Source: a virus
Taxonomy: Duplodnaviria; Caudoviricetes
Virus record (IMG/VR): IMGVR_UViG_3300026094_000002
Length of the DNA stretch: 64,000 nt
Direction: 5' to 3' (one strand)
Part shown: piece after piece, positions 18,132 to 25,496 of the stretch
Position numbering within the stretch: position 1 is the stretch's first letter
How the letters are laid out: every line of letters begins with the position of its first letter
The notes under the pieces: generated by a model
Database searches by the model: none
What the model saw: the letters and a program-made list of their open reading frames with translations, nothing else
What the model was told of the DNA's origin: nothing
Made by a program: the position numbers and the translations under genes

Positions 18132-18458
18132 TTATACACCAAAACTAGAACCACAGCCACAAGTAGTTTCAGCATTCGGATTATCAATGACGAATTGCTC
18201 GCCCATTAATCCTTCAGTATAATCTATTCTTGCACCTTCGAGATATTGCATGCTGAAGAAATCAACAACAACTTTGTATTCTTCGTTAAGATCAAATTCC
18301 CAATCGCCTTCATCTTGGTCTTCTACAAGTGCAAAGCCATACTGGAATCCAGAACACCCACCACCCTCAATAAATGTTCTTAACTTGAGATTAGGGTTGT
18401 CTTCTTCTTTGAGAATTTCAACTATTTTGGAACGAGCATTGTCGGTAATTTCAATCAT
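18132..18458 (-). CDS. erpA: A-type Fe-S cluster carrier (ErpA/IscA/HesB family)
   Basis: GGGCSGFQY and C-terminal CGCGSSF motifs. Confidence 0.93.
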   Translation of the reverse strand: MIEITDNARSKIVEILKEEDNPNLKLRTFIEGGGCSGFQYGFALVEDQDEGDWEFDLNEEYKVVVDFFSMQYLEGARIDYTEGLMGEQFVIDNPNAETTCGCGSSFGV

Positions 18459-18463
18459 AACAA

Positions 18464-18471
18464 TATTTATA
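18464..18471 (-). promoter_or_regulatory. T4-late-like promoter TATAAATA
   Basis: Exact T4 gp55 consensus, 5 nt upstream of the erpA ATG, with no Shine-Dalgarno in between. Confidence 0.65.
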
Positions 18472-18494
18472 AGGATATAGGAACGAAGTGTAAA

Positions 18495-18760
18495 ATCAGC
18501 CCGTTCTGTTTACAGGTGGGCCAGACCCAGAGCGACTAAGCAGCTAGTGCGAAATCCTCAGAATAAAAATCGTCATTTGCGACTATTTTAGTTTGCTTCT
18601 ACGATCGGGTAACCCCAATCCTAACGGCTTCAGCATTGCCGATTCTCCACGATGCTTCGTTCTGCTCCGTCGAAACTGTTTCATCCCCATAGTTGGTGGA
18701 GATGCCCGGTACTGCCCCGGGGTCCGCAACAGCGTCCCATCGCTTCATCAAATTCTTAAT
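18495..18760 (-). ncRNA. ssrA: Circularly permuted (two-piece) tmRNA, alphaproteobacterial type
   Basis: The acceptor piece has T-arm CCCGG-GGCAGTA-CCGGG and ends CATCTCCACCA (3' end 18694). A 5-nt spacer ACTAT follows, then the coding piece starts GGGGATG (18688), giving a 7-bp acceptor stem with G3:U70. The tag ORF 18580-18536 reads ANDDFYSEDFALAA*, preceded by AAAATAGTC. Outer boundaries are approximate. Confidence 0.95.
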
Positions 18761-19953
18761 TAAATATATTTATGTTGTTTATTGCCATCATTATGAAGTA
18801 TTTTGTTTGCAATGTCAATAGCAGTGTATGCACTTAGAGTCCAGCCTAAATGCCCGTGGCCTGTATTATACCATATATTGGAATTCTTCTTGCTCTGCTT
18901 GACAATAGGCATCATGTTCGGTGTCATTGGCCGAAGACCTGCCCACGGAACAACACTTTCTGTATTCATTTGTGGAAATAACTCTTCTGTCCAATCAACC
19001 AATGGCTGGACACGATGTTGGAGAATATCGCGGTTATATCCATTAAATTCTGCTGTACCAGCGGCACGGAAGCGAGACTCGCCCAGTCGGGAACTAACAA
19101 TTTTTGTTTCATCATCAAGCAAACTAGTCCATGGACTATTTCCCGGTTCATTAACAGTAATAGAATATCCTTTTACAGGATAGATTGGCAAGTTATCACC
19201 AATAAGTTTAGCAATGTCACGACTTCCAGTGCCAGCACAAATGACTACTGGTCCTTGCTTTTGGAATAGTTCTAATGAATCCTTGTCAACTGTTTCCTGA
19301 ACAAATTGAACGGCATAATGTCTTTCTAAGCAACGTGCAAGGTTTGTACAAAACTTGTGAATATCACCTGTAAAATCTTCTTCTGTGTAAAATCCACCGA
19401 CAATAGAGCGTCTAGAATTTTGTAGTTCCGGCTCAATAGAAAATACTTCTTCTGAGGTAATTTCATTACGAGCAAGCCCAGCCGACCGATAAATTTTGTT
19501 AGTCAGTCTTGCACTCTGTAAATCTTTCTCATTAGAATAGATGTGCATTATGCCTTGTTTTACACAGTCAAAATCAATTCCCTCACGCTCGGCAATATTT
19601 TTGTAAAGATCGTGTGCTTCAATTGCCATCTCGCAAGTATGGTGTGTATTTTCTTTTCTGTTTGGAATGTGACTTAAAAATTTTGCAAACCAAGAATACT
19701 TGTGAAGTGACGGTGCGGGATTGATTTTTAGCGGTGCATCTTTTCGAAACATCCACTTAGCACCTTTTGCTACATTGTGCCAACTATTCCATACTTCTGA
19801 GTTTGATGCACTTAACTGCCCACCATTTGCATATGATGTTCCCATTCCCGAATATCTTTCTTGATCAACCACAAGAACATCGTAACCTGAACGTGCAAGA
19901 TAATATGCTGTAGTAATACCAGTTATTCCAGCACCGATGACCGTAACTGTCAC
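18760..19953 (-). CDS. dadA: D-amino acid dehydrogenase (FAD-dependent, DAO family)
   Basis: GAGITG, TSYANGGQLS, IYPVKGYS, WAGLRPMTP and NTGHGHLGWT motifs. Confidence 0.88.
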   Translation of the reverse strand: MTVTVIGAGITGITTAYYLARSGYDVLVVDQERYSGMGTSYANGGQLSASNSEVWNSWHNVAKGAKWMFRKDAPLKINPAPSLHKYSWFAKFLSHIPNRKENTHHTCEMAIEAHDLYKNIAEREGIDFDCVKQGIMHIYSNEKDLQSARLTNKIYRSAGLARNEITSEEVFSIEPELQNSRRSIVGGFYTEEDFTGDIHKFCTNLARCLERHYAVQFVQETVDKDSLELFQKQGPVVICAGTGSRDIAKLIGDNLPIYPVKGYSITVNEPGNSPWTSLLDDETKIVSSRLGESRFRAAGTAEFNGYNRDILQHRVQPLVDWTEELFPQMNTESVVPWAGLRPMTPNMMPIVKQSKKNSNIWYNTGHGHLGWTLSAYTAIDIANKILHNDGNKQHKYI

Positions 19954-20072
19954 TTTTGTGTGTTCTCCTTTATGTTTTCTTGATCAACTTTTCTTTTTGT
20001 GGGGACAGAACCATAACCCACTGTACGTTCCCATTCAAGATTGGTGAAGATGAACGAATCTTCTTTGTTCAT
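19950..20072 (-). CDS. 40-aa small protein MNKEDSFIFTNLEWERTVGYGSVPTKRKVDQENIKENTQK (not in ORF track)
   Basis: AAGGAG ribosome-binding site upstream; the stop overlaps the dadA GTG start (GTGA). Confidence 0.6.
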   Translation of the reverse strand: MNKEDSFIFTNLEWERTVGYGSVPTKRKVDQENIKENTQK

Positions 20073-20087
20073 GAAGTAACTCCTTAA

Positions 20088-20465
20088 TCACAAATGTTCA
20101 ACGACTTGGTCGCCTTTGCGATTGTGGAAGACGATTTCTTGAACGTTTGTATCAAGTATATATCCCATACAAATTTTGCACGGAAAAGATGCTTTTGGAA
20201 CACCTGCCCGACTGGTACGGACAACTTGTATAGTATGAACATCTTCTCTTGCCCGAATTAAAGCAAGAACTTCTGCATGAAGATTGATTCTTTTTGCCAT
20301 ACCAGCCAGTTCTGCATACTTTGCCTGAATGGGATGGCTTTTTTGTGGCATATTCCATGCGGTAGAGATAAGCCGCCCCCGCTTATCATAACAGGCACAC
20401 GATACCTTGTGCTGATGTGCAGGAGAGTTAAATGCAATATCAAGCATACTTTCAGTTTTAAGCAT
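20088..20465 (-). CDS. Zinc-dependent cytidine/dCMP deaminase-family protein (start revised to MLKTES)
   Basis: HAE...PCKIC zinc-binding motif; GGAAG-type RBS and a TTGACT-18-TATTAT promoter upstream. Confidence 0.8.
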   Translation of the reverse strand: MLKTESMLDIAFNSPAHQHKVSCACYDKRGRLISTAWNMPQKSHPIQAKYAELAGMAKRINLHAEVLALIRAREDVHTIQVVRTSRAGVPKASFPCKICMGYILDTNVQEIVFHNRKGDQVVEHL

Positions 20466-20479
20466 TTTTGCTTCCCAAT
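20426..20479. repeat. 54-bp direct repeat, copy 1 (RBS plus first 13 codons of the deaminase)
   Basis: 52/54 identical to 22244-22297. Confidence 0.95.
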
Positions 20480-20496
20480 TACTAATGGATATTAAT

Positions 20497-20526
20497 ATAA
20501 TAGGCACAACAGTTGCGAAAAGTCAA
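20497..20526 (-). promoter_or_regulatory. sigma70-like promoter for the deaminase
   Basis: TTGACT-18 nt-TATTAT on the minus strand. Confidence 0.65.
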
Positions 20527-20581
20527 GGCACAAAAAATGTATAATATACAAGGGTGCAGTTTGAATTTGTAAAAAAATAAT

Positions 20582-22129
20582 TTAGTATTTTGATTTAGGT
20601 ATTTTAAATAATCTTTCTTTATATTTTCTGGATATATCTTCTCTTTTTGATACAAGGGAATGCCAATCAAAAGTTTTTATTGTCTTGTTAAAGGTGTGTT
20701 CTAGATCAACGCCAGTTATACATGCGTAAAATGCGGATAAACTGCTGATTTTTTTCTCAGCGACATTATTTCCTTTAACGATATAATGGTCAGCTAGATG
20801 GATACATTCAGTTAAGCATGTGTGTTGATTCTCCCATCTATAAGATTTTAAACTTTGATCCCATTCTAATAACGTGTACCCATATTGTGAGTAATTTAAC
20901 TCTATTTTACTTAAAAATTTTTTTTGTAGAGGCCCTATCATTAGTGGAAATATGAGCCAGCTATCCAATCCGCTTTCTCCAGCAACTAACATATCCCCAG
21001 TTTTTTTCATGCTCTCTACTGGTTCTTCTGGGAGTCCAAAGATAAATGTACCATGGAGGGAGACACTGTTTCCATATTTGTTTTTAATATATTTTACGGT
21101 GTCAAACATTTTATCTCTATCACCCCCCTTGCCGATTAACGAAGAAGTTTTTTTGTTTAGTGTTTCGATTCCAAAGTGACAGGCACGGAGTCCGCTATCG
21201 AACAATTTGTCAATGTATTCTTTATGTGCTGTTAATAAATCTAAGCGTATATATGCCCAATATTCAAGTTTAAACGGAAGTTCTTTAGAAATCTGATATA
21301 TTAACTCGATTTTTTCAATGCTGTCGTTAAAAGTATCATCACTAAAGATGTACCTAGTAATGCCAAAATTTTCATAATGGTAAATGAATTCTTTTAATAG
21401 TATATTTTTTAATTTAATGAAATCATTTTTTTTCTTTCCATTTAACGGATATGAACAAAACGCACAATTAAAAATACATCCTCTAGAAATTTCAGTTACT
21501 AATGACTCGTTATCTAATAATAAATCATTTTCATGAAAAAGCATTGGGGTTTCAGAAAAATTATATCCCTCGGCTTTGGCATCATCTATTACTATAGATT
21601 TGTACAAACTCTTCTTGGCGTTTTTTAATGGTTCGTTTTTTGACAAATGATTGGCTAGATTGACAGCAGAGTTGTCTGCGTATCCTATTATAGTGTAGTC
21701 AAAATATTTAATATAAGGCAACACTTGTGCATCAGGTCCACCTAATACTAGTTTACAGTTTTTGTTAAGTGTTTTAATTAAATTAATAATTCTGCTATTA
21801 AATTCTATACCATGTGGCAATAGTGCACCGGGCACTTTTTCGCCAAAACGAATCCCACCGCTCTCCCATTGATTGTCATTATCAATAGTGTTTTGTTGTG
21901 AAATATCTTTATAAAAAAAGGTATTAAATCCAACAAATAATGTATCAGCATCGATAAAGTATTTTAGTGCTTCTTCTATTTCATCAAGTGAAAAAGTATG
22001 TAGAAAATCAATAACTTGTACTTTATAGCCACTATTTCTTAATGCTGCCGCTACTTTATATGGGCCCAATGTTCTAGACAAAAAGACTTCATCAACATTA
22101 TCATTGAGCAATAGAATATTTTTAGTCAT
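20582..22129 (-). CDS. B12-binding-domain radical SAM protein (class B methyltransferase-like)
   Basis: N-terminal cobalamin-binding-like region (LVLGGP), EISRGCIFNCAFC, DDTFN and FGIET motifs; TAAATA lies 5 nt upstream of the ATG. Confidence 0.88.
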   Translation of the reverse strand: MTKNILLLNDNVDEVFLSRTLGPYKVAAALRNSGYKVQVIDFLHTFSLDEIEEALKYFIDADTLFVGFNTFFYKDISQQNTIDNDNQWESGGIRFGEKVPGALLPHGIEFNSRIINLIKTLNKNCKLVLGGPDAQVLPYIKYFDYTIIGYADNSAVNLANHLSKNEPLKNAKKSLYKSIVIDDAKAEGYNFSETPMLFHENDLLLDNESLVTEISRGCIFNCAFCSYPLNGKKKNDFIKLKNILLKEFIYHYENFGITRYIFSDDTFNDSIEKIELIYQISKELPFKLEYWAYIRLDLLTAHKEYIDKLFDSGLRACHFGIETLNKKTSSLIGKGGDRDKMFDTVKYIKNKYGNSVSLHGTFIFGLPEEPVESMKKTGDMLVAGESGLDSWLIFPLMIGPLQKKFLSKIELNYSQYGYTLLEWDQSLKSYRWENQHTCLTECIHLADHYIVKGNNVAEKKISSLSAFYACITGVDLEHTFNKTIKTFDWHSLVSKREDISRKYKERLFKIPKSKY

Positions 22130-22241
22130 CTAATTATTTAACATTAATATTTTTTAGTAATTTTTAAACCTGATAATATTAAACACGCTGACTTTAGATT
22201 ATATTTTTCTCAAAAATATGCCATCTCATGTCTTTTGATGG

Positions 22242-22283
22242 TCAGTTAAATGCAATATCAAACATACTTTCAGTTTTAAGCAT
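22242..22283 (-). pseudogene. 5' remnant of the deaminase gene (MLKTESMFDIAFN*)
   Basis: Lies within the duplicated 54 bp; keeps the AGGAAG RBS and a TATAAT at 22315-22320 but stops after 13 codons. Confidence 0.8.
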
Positions 22284-22297
22284 TTTTGCTTCCTAAT
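22244..22297. repeat. 54-bp direct repeat, copy 2
   Basis: 52/54 identical to 20426-20479. Confidence 0.95.
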
Positions 22298-22342
22298 ATC
22301 TAACAATACTTAGTATTATACGTATGCTGAGTAGAAAGTTAA

Positions 22343-22897
22343 TTATTTGCGACAGGTATCTGCTAAACCTTTTAATAGTGCAGAAGATGGTATTTGTCCC
22401 GGGTGGTTTTTCTCTCGTTGCCATTTCCCCTGTATGCCATATGCAAGAGCCTCTAACGTCCCTTTACAATATTTGCTATTATAGAATCCATTTACTTTTT
22501 GCATAAAGTGAACTAACTCATGAACAAGTATGTGACGGGTATCCCAATCTCTTACACTAAAATTCGTATCAAAATACATTGTGTTCTTACCAGCATGATA
22601 AAGGGCAGCAATATTACTGTTGTTTATTTTCTGTAAATCTTTTTTGGTTTGGTTTTTTGGATCTGGGTCAATACCATAGAATCGTATTGCCATTTCTTCT
22701 CGTGATATTTTTTTAATATTTGGTAATTCTTCTCCATTGTAGTCTAAAAATGTTTCAGAACTAATCCATTCAACATGCTTTAGTACAATTTCTTGGCGTT
22801 GTTGTGTATCAACTTGATGAATTAAAAGTGAAAATATTATTACTATTATAGTAAGTGAAATGTATTTTAAAACAATGGAAAACGTATTATTATGCAC
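22343..22897 (-). CDS. Membrane-anchored/secreted HExxH protein (DUF6647-like)
   Basis: N-terminal hydrophobic helix, LVHELVHFMQ and C...E..AY..Q..W motifs; GTG start. Confidence 0.65.
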   Translation of the reverse strand: MHNNTFSIVLKYISLTIIVIIFSLLIHQVDTQQRQEIVLKHVEWISSETFLDYNGEELPNIKKISREEMAIRFYGIDPDPKNQTKKDLQKINNSNIAALYHAGKNTMYFDTNFSVRDWDTRHILVHELVHFMQKVNGFYNSKYCKGTLEALAYGIQGKWQREKNHPGQIPSSALLKGLADTCRK

Positions 22898-22962
22898 CGA
22901 TCCGCTCTCATTTTGAGTATTTAGTGCGTATAAAAAAATTGAACTGAATGCGTAAATAAAAT

Positions 22963-23062
22963 GAGGACATCACATGGGAGCGGACATGTGATGTCCTCGG
23001 GAAAACAACTGCAATCAGGAGCGGTAATTGCAGTTGGCGTTGACTACCGGCTCGGTAATCAG
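22963..23062. ncRNA. Putative structured small RNA: three hairpins, two with GGAGCGG loops
   Basis: Perfect 14-bp stem (22963-22976/22985-22998) and 10-bp stem (23006-23015/23027-23036), plus a third imperfect stem at 23041-23061. Plus-strand TAAATA at 22953-22958. Strand not established. Confidence 0.55.
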
Positions 23063-23077
23063 ATGCTCGTTTTTATT

Positions 23078-23290
23078 TTAACTAAAATATTTGTTTAACA
23101 TCTCTAGTTTGTCATCGTAATCGGCAATTTCAGCCAATTCTTTTTCAATCTCTTCTAAGATATCACCAGAACCCTCGCCAGTACCAACTGGATTTTCTAA
23201 CAGAACTTCTACATTAGCACGGTGCTTTTCAATGTGTCCGACAAAGTGGGCTTCAGCAGATTTGAAAATTGTATCTCTGAGATTTTTCAT
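23078..23290 (-). CDS. Hypothetical phage protein
   Basis: 70-aa helical ORF (HIEKHRANVEVLLENPVG); TAAATA upstream. Confidence 0.75.
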   Translation of the reverse strand: MKNLRDTIFKSAEAHFVGHIEKHRANVEVLLENPVGTGEGSGDILEEIEKELAEIADYDDKLEMLNKYFS

Positions 23291-23339
23291 TAATAATAAC
23301 CTATGTTTTCTAAGAGGTATTTAGATAATATAAACCTAA

Positions 23340-24050
23340 TTATAATAATTTTATGAGTGAATTTACTGTTTTGTCTAAATTGCCAAAATTAAAAACGTGT
23401 ATATCAAATTGATTATCCAACTTCTTAACGAATTTGGCTGTATTGAAACCAGAACAAGAAAGATATTTGACTCCAACAACATTAGGAATTATTTCTCGGG
23501 TAGTACGAGCAATACCACAGAGTTTAATGAATTTCAACAATTCTTTTGCAGTACAATTGCTTGGGACACCAACGATTGTTTTTTGATCAAATTGTTTTAA
23601 CAGAGAAAGATTCAAACAAATCTGTGTAATGCCACGGGCAAACTTGGTATATTTGGTTTCGGTTACAGAATCATGCGTTTCGTGTTGAGGATACACTCCA
23701 CATAAAAAATTAAAACCATATTCTTTATCTTTGAGGTCTTTAAGCAAATCAAAGGCATTTCCATAACAGTTTCCATATTTTCTACTGCCCCCAATGATTA
23801 AAACATCTTTAACCCCAAGGTCAACAAATCGATCACAGTTGTCATATAATTCTTTTTTGTTTTTTAGATTGCGAGCGGCAATATGTGGGATAATTTTTAT
23901 TCTTGAATTCTGTCGGCGAAGATTAGAAATAGCGGTTACTGTCTCAGAGAGTCGTGTTCCCGGAAGGTGAGTAACACTTACAGAGTCAACATTTGAGAGG
24001 ACATTTTGGGATAGTTTTTGTTTTGGCGTTTGTTCAACACTTATTTTCAC
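23340..24050 (-). CDS. Short methylenetetrahydrofolate reductase-like (MetF-like) TIM-barrel protein
   Basis: SVTHLPG, IPHIAARNL, DVLIIGG, CGVYP and ITQ motifs align with the MTHFR FAD-binding barrel. Confidence 0.65.
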   Translation of the reverse strand: MKISVEQTPKQKLSQNVLSNVDSVSVTHLPGTRLSETVTAISNLRRQNSRIKIIPHIAARNLKNKKELYDNCDRFVDLGVKDVLIIGGSRKYGNCYGNAFDLLKDLKDKEYGFNFLCGVYPQHETHDSVTETKYTKFARGITQICLNLSLLKQFDQKTIVGVPSNCTAKELLKFIKLCGIARTTREIIPNVVGVKYLSCSGFNTAKFVKKLDNQFDIHVFNFGNLDKTVNSLIKLL

Positions 24051-24122
24051 TGTATTTTACTTTCTTGTTGATAGAAAATATTTATGAATTAGACGGAGAA
24101 ATAGGGAGATATCGCACAAAAA

Positions 24123-24506
24123 TTAAGTAATTTTAGAAAGCCACTCATGGACGTCGCCATACAAAGTTGCTAATGTTGCCTCTTTACTGGAGAAAAAATG
24201 AATCTTGTTGTTCTTTCTGTCAACATAGTATGGCCAATCTAAATTCCTGTCAAGATCTAACAGTATCTTTTGATTTATTTTTTTATCCGATGATATATCA
24301 ACTGACCAAGTATCTAACTCAAGTGTGTCTTTGAAAATTTCATACCCTTTGTTTGTCAACCGAAATCCACCAGTTTTTCTAATATTGTACCACCAAGTAT
24401 TCATTGCTTGGTTGTGGCTATCTTTGTCTTCTTCTGGTATTAAATCAAGTATCTGTTGTGTTAGATTACTTTTTAGATTTCGGGCGTTCAGGGTATACTT
24501 GCTCAC
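24123..24506 (-). CDS. Hypothetical phage protein
   Basis: 127-aa ORF (WWYNIRKTGGFRLT) in an operon. Confidence 0.7.
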   Translation of the reverse strand: MSKYTLNARNLKSNLTQQILDLIPEEDKDSHNQAMNTWWYNIRKTGGFRLTNKGYEIFKDTLELDTWSVDISSDKKINQKILLDLDRNLDWPYYVDRKNNKIHFFSSKEATLATLYGDVHEWLSKIT

Positions 24507-24774
24507 CTTGGTTTAAAAATACCACTGTAAACTTGTCAGTTTTGTATTTTGAATTTAACTTTTTTGCCAAGTTGACGGCGTGTCCTTGGTTTGAAAATGA
24601 GACCTTGACGTATTTTGGCCCGGGATATTGTATCAACTGGTTTGCAGTTTTAAGATTTATTGGACGGCCATCATAAAACACTGCCCAAATTCCGTCAGCA
24701 GCGAGAACCTGTTCAGTTTTATATGTTGCTTTGTCTATTTTTTCTAATAGTATTTCAGGCTTTGGACGCGACAC
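24466..24774 (-). CDS. Hypothetical phage protein
   Basis: 102-aa ORF with AAGGA RBS and TAAATA at 24806-24811. Confidence 0.75.
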   Translation of the reverse strand: MSRPKPEILLEKIDKATYKTEQVLAADGIWAVFYDGRPINLKTANQLIQYPGPKYVKVSFSNQGHAVNLAKKLNSKYKTDKFTVVFLNQGEQVYPERPKSKK

Positions 24775-24837
24775 TTCTGATAAAATCCTTTATGTTTGGT
24801 GTTATTATTTATCAAAAGTGTTTACTACAGTAACGTC

Positions 24838-25044
24838 TTAGAATTTGCCACCATTCAATTCTATTTTTTCAATAGTAGGTTCTGTTTTATTTTGGGATTC
24901 TTTGAGAGTATCTAATGATAACAAAAGTTTAGTAATTTCAGAGTGTAATGCCTTTGCTTCAGCCACGGACATCGTAAAATCACGTGAGTTAGAAGATACT
25001 CCCCTAACTCTATCAACAAAGCGATATATTGCTGGATAACTCAT
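24838..25044 (-). CDS. Hypothetical protein
   Basis: 68-aa ORF coupled to the upstream gene (ATGA overlap). Confidence 0.7.
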   Translation of the reverse strand: MSYPAIYRFVDRVRGVSSNSRDFTMSVAEAKALHSEITKLLLSLDTLKESQNKTEPTIEKIELNGGKF

Positions 25045-25496
25045 TTGAACACAAAATCCTCTGGATCTTTTGCCGGTCCAAAATAATCGTAACGCTCAAG
25101 TAGTATAAGTTTTGGACAGAAAACCAATTCCCAATCACGATGCTGTTTTAATTGAAAATACCCAGCGGCATACCATGACTTGCTTTCAGGAGATTTAGTA
25201 AATAATGCCATACGATTTTTCACATCGTATACAGGATTATAAACTGTTGCATCTGCTGGAAACCCATATACAGAATTTTTAGAATGTGTTGGGATAACCT
25301 GTGTGTTAAGTTCATCAAACTCAAGCCCATCTACTTTCTTTATTTCTTCAAGGTTTGTACCTAAAGAATGAACTTGTCCATTAATTCTTAGTGAATAACT
25401 GCCATCTTCGTCAGCAGTTAGTTCGCCTACTTTTTGATTTTGCTCCTTTAGAATCCAAAATTCATCGGATATGACTGGTGTTGCTTTTATCATCAA
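25041..25496 (-). CDS. Hypothetical protein
   Basis: 151-aa ORF in an operon. Confidence 0.7.
   Translation of the reverse strand: MMIKATPVISDEFWILKEQNQKVGELTADEDGSYSLRINGQVHSLGTNLEEIKKVDGLEFDELNTQVIPTHSKNSVYGFPADATVYNPVYDVKNRMALFTKSPESKSWYAAGYFQLKQHRDWELVFCPKLILLERYDYFGPAKDPEDFVFK

Noticed and set aside
18688-18730. Stand-alone tRNA gene
   Set aside because: The T-arm and CCA come before the 5' acceptor strand, there is no anticodon arm, and a tag ORF follows; it is the permuted tmRNA. No other tRNA was noticed.
22867-22911. ATG-initiated mini-ORF (MRADRCIIIRFPLF) suggesting a frameshifted start for the HExxH gene
   Set aside because: It is out of frame with the GTG ORF, which already has an intact N-terminal hydrophobic helix; a frameshift cannot be supported without homolog alignment.
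22961-23098. 45-aa plus-strand ORF across the hairpin cluster
   Set aside because: No RBS, the ATG is only 2 nt from the TAAATA motif, the start is buried in a 14-bp stem and it overlaps a convergent gene; RNA structure explains the sequence better.
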